A stretch of 34,019 nucleotides of DNA from a virus (Duplodnaviria; Caudoviricetes), in IMG/VR virus record IMGVR_UViG_3300032242_004047, positions 1-34,019 of that record. One strand, 5' to 3'. A program made the position numbers and the translations under genes. The notes beneath the pieces are model-generated. The model was not told the DNA's origin, did no database searches, and saw only the letters and a list, made by a program, of their open reading frames with translations. This document shows positions 25,186 to 32,129 of this stretch, in pieces; the first letter of the stretch is position 1, and every line of letters begins with the position of its first letter.

Positions 25186-25711
25186 CCCACTTAGCGCGTG
25201 TCAACTGGGAGTAGACCATGCGGGCCTTCTCGGACTTCATCCCTCGACTGGGAGTGAGCCCAAAGGTCTTGCACCATTGCGTGGCGATCTTCGAAAAGGC
25301 CGCACGTGATACCCCATGTCGTTTGGCCAGAGCTGTTTGGCTTAGGCCATCTAGCGAAAGAACGCCCGTGGCAAAGCAGATCGCATCAAAGACCAGTAGC
25401 GGGTTTGGCGCTGACCGAATGCGGGCGCAGAATGATGCAAGTGTATCTGCGCGAAGCTCGGCGTCATCGGATGCGGCAGTCGGTGCAGGGTCGATCTGCG
25501 CGGCGATGTCGGGCGCGTACGAAGCGGCGGATAGGTCGCTTGCGTTCTGGCGTTGGCCGTGAGCGTCTTTCGGCACGTCCGCATGAGCCAACCCGGCTTC
25601 GGCGAGCTTTGCCTTCTCCTCGGCAGGCAGCGATGCCACCCAGGCTTCGTAGGCGCGACGGTACTCGGCGTCCCGGACATTTTGTCGGTGGGTGTAGTTT
25701 TCGTAACTCAT
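25157..25711 (-). CDS. Hypothetical protein with a C-terminal HTH, candidate transcription regulator
   Basis: LSQTALAKRHGVSRAAFSKIATQW; lies between the replication and packaging modules. Confidence 0.65.
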   Translation of the reverse strand: MSYENYTHRQNVRDAEYRRAYEAWVASLPAEEKAKLAEAGLAHADVPKDAHGQRQNASDLSAASYAPDIAAQIDPAPTAASDDAELRADTLASFCARIRSAPNPLLVFDAICFATGVLSLDGLSQTALAKRHGVSRAAFSKIATQWCKTFGLTPSRGMKSEKARMVYSQLTRAKWDERNRRQSR

Positions 25712-25813
25712 GATCTAGCACCTCCTGCGACGGCAAACTGGAGGCTGTAGCGCTTGCGCGAACTTCCAGTGAGCGCCAAAGCGCACGCGAGGACTGTGAA
25801 AGCAGTCTCGCGC

Positions 25814-25890
25814 TTTATTCTCGTAAGAGAATAAATAGGAACTTCCCAAGGAACTCCCAGGAACTTAGTTCCCAAGGAACCGCCAGGAAA
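25814..25890. repeat. Palindrome plus direct repeats downstream of the primase-helicase (candidate replication origin)
   Basis: TTTATTCTC-GTAA-GAGAATAAA (25814-25835), then AGGAAC at 25837, 25849, 25859, 25875 and AGGAAA at 25885; TTCCCAAGGAAC occurs twice. Confidence 0.55.
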
Positions 25891-25925
25891 AAGGCATCTG
25901 CAACGACTTACGACGAAACAGATAG

Positions 25926-27962
25926 TCATTTTACCCCCCTCTCAGCTTGATAGTTTTTGCCCTGCCAATACGGCATTTCGAACTTTAGAACGCCGACTTT
26001 TTTGTTGCGCAAACCGTCGAAAATCGACTTTGCCCGATCGAGGGTGCAAGGCTCGCCACACATCTCCAAATTCGACCTAATGTGTTGCAAAACCTCGCTA
26101 TGTTCTGCCTCCGCATGATTGGCCATCGGCGGCATCTTTTCGAACATGGCTCCGTAACGGTCCGCGTAGCTTCCGCGCCGATAAGAGGCCTGCGGCTCCG
26201 GTCTGGCCTTACTGCCGGGCTTGCTGGGCGCTTTGATACGGGATGCATCGGCGTTGACATCGCGCTCAAAGGTCCAAGTGTTCCAGCGCACGACAAAGGC
26301 CGGAATCTGGGGAAGAGCGCGCAGGGTTAAGTCAATGACATAGGCATCTGCATCCTCGTGAGGCGTCATGGTGAGAATGACGTCCGGATCACGAGCGAAG
26401 ACTCCTGAGCCTCCAATGCGATCTATGGCCTCCTTGCCGGCTTGGTTTCCCTTGCTGTAGTGCGCCCCAAAGACGACCGCTGCGCCGGATTGTACGGCGA
26501 GCTGTTCGACCTCATTACACAAGGAGGCGATGTCACCCGCCTTGTTTTCATCGCGCTTGCCGAGCCCTTTATAGATCGGGTCCAGCACAATCAGGGCGTA
26601 GCGTTGATCTTTTACCCGCGACAAGATTTTGGGGATGAGAACCGAGAAATCCGTGGCAAACCCGCGCAGGTTCCAGAGATCAATCCCGGCAAAATCCGCC
26701 GTGGCCCGCTGCCGAGCTATGGCATACAAGCGGTGTTGGAAGGCGAAATCAGGGAGTTCGAAGTTGATGTAAAGCACGCGGCCTCGCTGCGTAGGAAACC
26801 CCCACCAGGGCGCTCCCGTGCTAACCGCTAACATCATGTCAATGAGCGTCCAGGATTTGCGGCTTTTGCTCGCGCCACCGAGCACCATCTTGCTTCCCTG
26901 ATGCAGCACGCCGGCGATGAGTTGGGGAGGTTCCGGCTTAAGGGCGGCCATGAACTCCGTGCCGGAGACGATCTGCGGCAACTCCTCGACTGCGTGTGCT
27001 GCTTCCCATTCCACCCACGACTTTGCACCAAGCCCCAGCGCCAGCAGGCGTTGAGTGCGGAGCTCGCCGTCAACGGTTCGATAGCCATCAGGGGCACGCG
27101 AGAGCCGGGACGGATTTTTGTTCTGGGTGTCAATATTGTGGTCTTTAAACCACTCCCAGATTGCCTCTACTCGGAGCCGATATTCTTCGGCGTTGGCTGC
27201 GTCTACTCGGATCCAGGCGTGAAGAGATTTGTTGCCTGAATCGATTAGCGCTGACACCGGCATTTTACTCTGCAGCACGGCAGCAAGCTGTTCTTCCTTG
27301 GCGACCACTCGGCCATCCTGTGTCTTATCGAACTCCACGAGCACATGCCGGAAAGAGGTGACATCCTCGTTTTTGGCACCGCCCTTGGTCATGGGATTTA
27401 TCCGCACAAACAACCCCAGCTTCGTACTAAAGCAGCGGTCGATGCCTCCCTTGGTGCTCACGCGCTCTTGCTATTCTTCCCGCGTCATCGTGACGCCGCG
27501 GGTCGGGACGATATCACCAGACTCGTTTTCCTTCGCAGGCGCGACGGCTACGTGTTCGCCTTCTTTGAAGCAGGCCGCCAGCAGCCGTTGGAAACCATCC
27601 TGGAGGGCTTCCGGCAATGGCATAGGAGCGAGCTGCGCCTCGGACCTACTAGCCCGGCGGTAACGGGCCGTAGCGGGAGCCTGAGCGCGTTCTGGGGCAG
27701 CATGCGTGATTGCTTCCCGTTGGGGATGCCCAAAGGCCGAGCGAATGCTTTGCAGCGCCTCACTTTGGCTCAATTTATCAGCCAAGGCGCGTTGCATGAG
27801 TTGGCTTTCGGCTTCGGGTTGTGAAAACCCGGCATCTCGGAACTGGCACGCTGCATCAAAGAGAGCGGCATTGCGGCCGCCTTTGGCAGCGCCGTGGGCC
27901 AAGTAATCGAGCGTTACCGAAGGCAGCGCAGGGCGGAGCCCTATTGAGCGGTATCGTTTCAT
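25926..27962 (-). pseudogene. Primase-helicase (PriCT-like + primase + AAA_25/RecA-like helicase) interrupted by one in-frame TAG at 27473-27471
   Basis: ORFs 27471..27962 (GRNAALFDAACQFRDAG) and 25926..27461 (VLVEFD, DSGNKSLHAW, GASKSRKSW, LDPIYK) share a frame: ...TREE*QERVSTKGG... Confidence 0.75.
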
Positions 27963-29491
27963 ACTACGCTTGCCTCCCGGTTACCCCATTTTGCATCGAG
28001 GAACTGCTTAGCCTCGGCGAATGTGACAAGCTCCGGACTCGTGTGGCCAAGTCGCCGCAACCAGCGGACCTGTTTGGCTGTGGCAAGCCCGAGATCTCGC
28101 CGCAAGAACAGCTTGTCGAGCATCGCGGCAGCCTGTCCTTTGCAAGAGATCGTGGTGGTGTCCAAGCCGAAGCGGGCCAGCAGTTCCGCTTGCTTGGTGC
28201 TGACGGGATCCTCGTGCCAGACCATGGTGGGCTGGTAGTCGGCAAGGCGAACATCCCCAATGGACAAAGCGAACTCCATCACATCGAAGCTTTGCCCGGT
28301 GCGACGGGAGTTTTCGTGCAGCCGCTGGCTCAATGTTTTGGCCCGATTAGCAACTGCTTTCTCCTTGGCCTCCTCCAAGTCACCATTACCCCCCAACGCC
28401 TCGGTGATAGCTTCTGCCTCCTCTGCGTCATCGGCAATCAAGTGCGCCGGTTTTATAAGGGAGTGCTCCTCGCTCATCCAAAGGAAGTCGAGCAGGAGCA
28501 GGTGTTCCTTACCCGGGTAGAGCCTCGTACCGCGCCCCACGATCTGACTGTAGAGCCCGCGCACCTTCGTAGGCCGCAAACAGACCACGCAATCAATACT
28601 GGGTTCGTCATAGCCTTCGGTCAGGAGCATTGCGTTGGTCAGAACGCGGGTTTCCCCCCGGCTGAACCGAGCCAGGATCTCTTTACGATCAGGACTTTGG
28701 CCATCGACGTGTTCCGCTGCCAATCCGCGGGCGCGGCAGAGTTCGGCGAACTCCCGGCTCAAACTCACCAGCGGCAGAAACACGATAGTCTTGCGATGGC
28801 GATGCTCAGCAAGCACGTCAGCGATGCGCTCTAGGTAAGGCTCAATAGCGTGCCCCACGTCCTCTGCATTGTAGTCGCCAGCCGTGGTGCGGCAGCCGTC
28901 AAGGTTGATGGACAACGGGACGGTCTGGACCCGAATGGGCGAGAGCCAGTTCTGTTGAATCAAATCCAGCAACGACACCTCGTAGGCGATGTTTTGGTAG
29001 TAGCGACCGAGGTTCTTTTTATCTCCGCGATCTGGGGTGGCTGTTACCCCGAGAACAAAGGCGGTATCGTCGAAGTGATTAAGCACCCCTAGATAGCTGT
29101 CCGCCAAACTGTGGTGCGCTTCATCGACTACGATCAATCCGAAGTGATCCCGAGCCCAGCGTTCCCTGCGCTGAGCACGAACCAGCGTTTGTACGCTGGC
29201 AACGACGACGGGCGCAGTAGGCCGAGCCTTGAAGTCTGCCATCTCAATATCCGCGATCAGACCAGTGCTCCGGTAGATCTTGTCTACCGCTTGGGAGATG
29301 AGTTCCTCGCGATGTGCAAGGACCAGCGTGCGCTTGGGCTGGTAAGCCGCCGCAAGGTGCGCAAACTGAACGGTCTTGCCTCCGCCGGTCGGAAGGATCA
29401 AAAGCTGTTTTTGATACTCGGTAAACCCGCGCTGAATTGCCTCGTGCGCGGCCACCTGGTACCCACGGAGATCAAGTTTAGAAGGGTTCAT
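27959..29491 (-). CDS. Superfamily 2 DEAH-box helicase
   Basis: LRGYQ, LPTGGGKT, LAHREEL, DEAHH, GVTATP, LTEGYD, QIVGRGTR; start at MNPSKL (29491). Confidence 0.92.
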   Translation of the reverse strand: MNPSKLDLRGYQVAAHEAIQRGFTEYQKQLLILPTGGGKTVQFAHLAAAYQPKRTLVLAHREELISQAVDKIYRSTGLIADIEMADFKARPTAPVVVASVQTLVRAQRRERWARDHFGLIVVDEAHHSLADSYLGVLNHFDDTAFVLGVTATPDRGDKKNLGRYYQNIAYEVSLLDLIQQNWLSPIRVQTVPLSINLDGCRTTAGDYNAEDVGHAIEPYLERIADVLAEHRHRKTIVFLPLVSLSREFAELCRARGLAAEHVDGQSPDRKEILARFSRGETRVLTNAMLLTEGYDEPSIDCVVCLRPTKVRGLYSQIVGRGTRLYPGKEHLLLLDFLWMSEEHSLIKPAHLIADDAEEAEAITEALGGNGDLEEAKEKAVANRAKTLSQRLHENSRRTGQSFDVMEFALSIGDVRLADYQPTMVWHEDPVSTKQAELLARFGLDTTTISCKGQAAAMLDKLFLRRDLGLATAKQVRWLRRLGHTSPELVTFAEAKQFLDAKWGNREASVV

Positions 29492-29882
29492 TTTCGCTTG
29501 CTCCTTTCTCCTTGTTGGCCGAAGCCGGAACCACCCAAGCGGCCACCTTGTTGTGTTTGCGGCCGTTGTATTCCTCGACAACCAAGCGCGCCCGGCCTTG
29601 CCGACCAATCAGATCGTCGGCGATGATCTCGATCTCCTCGTTCGGGAGGACGGTCTCGCCGATGGCGGCACGGAAGGAGTCGATCTTCCAGAAGGAAGAC
29701 TCGGTAAAGACCAGATGGTCAAAGAAGACCGGACCATCGGGTTCGACGCGCAGTTTGAGCTCGATCATGTCGTGCCCTTTCTGGGACACGGTTTCTTCAG
29801 CATTGATGACTTCGACGCTGTATTCGCCAGCAGGTACGAAGTCGGGACGGAACGTGGGTTCAGCAGAACGGTAAGAAGGCAT
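29478..29882 (-). CDS. DUF669-like single-stranded DNA binding protein
   Basis: VPAGEY.V.V..AE...S.KG..MI.L.L...; EEYNG...NKV; acidic/aromatic tail ENEPF. Confidence 0.8.
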   Translation of the reverse strand: MPSYRSAEPTFRPDFVPAGEYSVEVINAEETVSQKGHDMIELKLRVEPDGPVFFDHLVFTESSFWKIDSFRAAIGETVLPNEEIEIIADDLIGRQGRARLVVEEYNGRKHNKVAAWVVPASANKEKGASENEPF

Positions 29883-29886
29883 AGTA

Positions 29887-30882
29887 TTAGCGATTGGTGG
29901 TTTTGGTGGTGGTGCGGCGCAGGCTGACGCTGCCTTTGCCTTGTTGGATCAGGTCTTCCGGGAAGGGCTTCTCAGAGGGCATCTTCTCCGCCCAAAGCTG
30001 CCGGAACTTGGACGCGCTCATGTTTCCATACGCCCCGAGGACAGCACCGAAACCTAGTCGATCGATGTAACGGCCGACGGCATCGGGGACGACGAACTCA
30101 GGGGCTTTGCGACTGGAAACTTTCCAACCGGGGATCAGCTTGCCAGCAAGGAGACGCTCCTTTGCGACCGCTTCCGCGCGCTCCCGGAAATCATCGAGCG
30201 TGGCGCAGGCGGTAAGGAACTGGCCGAGCTGAGCGTTGTCCGCCAGCAGCAGTTCAAAGTTGAACTCTGGGTCGGATTGCTTGAGGGCGGAGGCCGCAAG
30301 TTGGAGCCGTGCCGGGCAACTCTCCGCCTTGAAGCACCAGCTGCAGTAGTCGCAGGGCGTCGGCTCTTTCTCAGGCTGATTGTAGCGAGCAATTACCGCT
30401 GCAACGATCTCCCATGCCTCCTGGTAGCTGAACCGCAGGGTGATGAGTTGGCGCTGGTCGCAGAAAAGCAGATGAGTCGTCCACTCGCTCAGGAAATGAG
30501 CTTCCATGAACCCCAGCGCGTAAGCCGCCATTTGCTCGCGGTAGTTGCGAATCTGGCCAGTCTTCAAATCAGCACTGAGGCCAAGCTCTGGCACCCACGC
30601 ATCGACCGTCCCGGTCATGCCTTGTGTGGCGATCTTGCAGTCCGCATCCGCAGTAACAATGCGGCTCTCGCCAGCAATTGCTTTGAGGGTGTGAATGGCC
30701 CAATCCACTGCCGACAAATCCTCCGTCAACGTGGAACCATCATCAGAACGGTCTCCATGGATTCGACGCCGAAAGATCTCATCGAGCTTCGTGCCTCGAG
30801 CGGCTTGCGGGCCAGCATCCGGATTGGGCTCGTAGCAGGCGCAGACAGCCAGCTTTGGAAGCATTGAGGGTCGCAGGCTCAT
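29887..30882 (-). CDS. PD-(D/E)XK (Cas4-like/DUF2800-like) exonuclease
   Basis: LRPS.L..L..C, AARGT, GTVDA..DLKTG....QM..YA, PCDYCSWC....CP. Confidence 0.8.
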   Translation of the reverse strand: MSLRPSMLPKLAVCACYEPNPDAGPQAARGTKLDEIFRRRIHGDRSDDGSTLTEDLSAVDWAIHTLKAIAGESRIVTADADCKIATQGMTGTVDAWVPELGLSADLKTGQIRNYREQMAAYALGFMEAHFLSEWTTHLLFCDQRQLITLRFSYQEAWEIVAAVIARYNQPEKEPTPCDYCSWCFKAESCPARLQLAASALKQSDPEFNFELLLADNAQLGQFLTACATLDDFRERAEAVAKERLLAGKLIPGWKVSSRKAPEFVVPDAVGRYIDRLGFGAVLGAYGNMSASKFRQLWAEKMPSEKPFPEDLIQQGKGSVSLRRTTTKTTNR

Positions 30883-31859
30883 TGCGCACCTCCCACCGTG
30901 TTGAAGTCCGATACGGCCTTCAGGAAGCGCTCAGGAGCACTCAGAACCCGGGCGACGTAGTCGGGGGCAAGGTTCTGCCAGGTTTGGCCGGGCTTGATCT
31001 GTTGCCGGGCGAGGAGGAAGGCATTTACCGCGCTTTCATTGGAGTCAATCAGAGCGCCGAGTTGATCGAATAGATTATTTGCCGTGATCGGCCGCGGTTC
31101 AGGCTTTTGCGTTTGCGCAGCCTTACCAGATTGAAAGCTGCTAGCGATCGACTCGAAGGCAAACTTCACCTTCTCTTCGAAGCTATGGCGATTCTTGGCG
31201 TCCCAAGCAGCGGTGTGGGTGGTGTAGAGCACCCGTTCACGTCCGCCGACACCGCGCTTGGTGCCATTGTCGTTCTCAGCCACCTTAGTGAACCAGTTGG
31301 CGAAGAGCAGCATGTCGCACCATTCCTTAAAAAGAGGTGCCACCTGCTTTGAGAGCTTGAGCTCATAGCGGTCGTAGGCTCCTGCTGCGTCTGGTTGTTC
31401 AAATTTGACGATCCGGCAATGAGCCAAAACCACGACGTTCATGCCTCGCTTCAAAAGCCGATCCAGCGATGCAAGAAACTTGGCAGCTTCTTCTGCGAGC
31501 ACCACGTAACCCTTGCCGTATCCGAACTGCTCGATGTTGCTTTTGTTCTCTCGACGGCAAACCTCGTCGATCAGGAGCTTTTCCAGCCAATCCGCAGTAT
31601 CAATCACGAGGGTGTTAAACTCGTGCGGGAGTGTGGCCAGAGCGGTGATCGCTTGAGTCACATGTTCCCAAGACTCCGGGGCAGGCAGCCGGGCGCAATC
31701 TAGATGGTGAGTGCCGCCCTCAGTGTCGAGGAATACGGGGTTTGGAAACTGCGCGGCCAGGCTACTTTTACCGATACCTTCTGGGCCGTAGATGACGGCT
31801 TTTTGTGGACGTTGGATTCGGCCAACGCGAATCGATTGGATAGGGTTATTAGATGACAT
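30879..31859 (-). CDS. AAA_24 / Sak4-like ssDNA-annealing ATPase
   Basis: IYGPEGIGKS, FLDTEGG, TLVIDTADW, GYGKGY, VVLAH, EWCD.LLF, AWDAKNR. Confidence 0.88.
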   Translation of the reverse strand: MSSNNPIQSIRVGRIQRPQKAVIYGPEGIGKSSLAAQFPNPVFLDTEGGTHHLDCARLPAPESWEHVTQAITALATLPHEFNTLVIDTADWLEKLLIDEVCRRENKSNIEQFGYGKGYVVLAEEAAKFLASLDRLLKRGMNVVVLAHCRIVKFEQPDAAGAYDRYELKLSKQVAPLFKEWCDMLLFANWFTKVAENDNGTKRGVGGRERVLYTTHTAAWDAKNRHSFEEKVKFAFESIASSFQSGKAAQTQKPEPRPITANNLFDQLGALIDSNESAVNAFLLARQQIKPGQTWQNLAPDYVARVLSAPERFLKAVSDFNTVGGAQ

Positions 31860-32129
31860 AGAGTTTCAGACTTGGGTTGCTTTGGCGCACAGCGGAGTGC
31901 CGTGCGGTGTCTGAAACAAAGCGTGTCAACGCGCATTGGTATGTAGGGGGGCGAAAGGCCCATAAACGCCCATTTGGGTGGCAATTCGGGAGCGGATTTA
32001 CGCCACTCTGGGCGCTGGGTAGGCCCATATTTGTCCCACCCTCTCCCATATGGTGCGGAAAAAACCCATATTGGAACCGCAGTGAAAACTGCGGCCATGC
32101 TGGGCCGAAATGAATAGAAATGATCCGCT

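Noticed and set aside
25708-25929. 73-aa ORF spanning the putative origin
   Set aside because: It overlaps both neighbours by ATGA, so it may be real, but the sequence is dominated by the repeats and palindrome and has no recognisable protein features; not called
27127-27133. TTGACAC copy inside the primase-helicase gene
   Set aside because: No start codon at the expected spacing; treated as background
27471-27473. Genome-wide TAG reassignment (alternative genetic code)
   Set aside because: Only one internal TAG was seen; TAG terminates terL, the lysin, the fibre and ORF 3964..4233 at sensible positions
29887-30882. Cas4-like nuclease as evidence of CRISPR-Cas
   Set aside because: It lies in the common Sak4-nuclease-SSB-helicase recombination module, with no array or other cas genes
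51-31859. Gene transfer agent or contractile injection system instead of a phage
   Set aside because: A full replication/recombination module, a cos-type GpA terminase and capsid genes are present, and no sheath gene is seen
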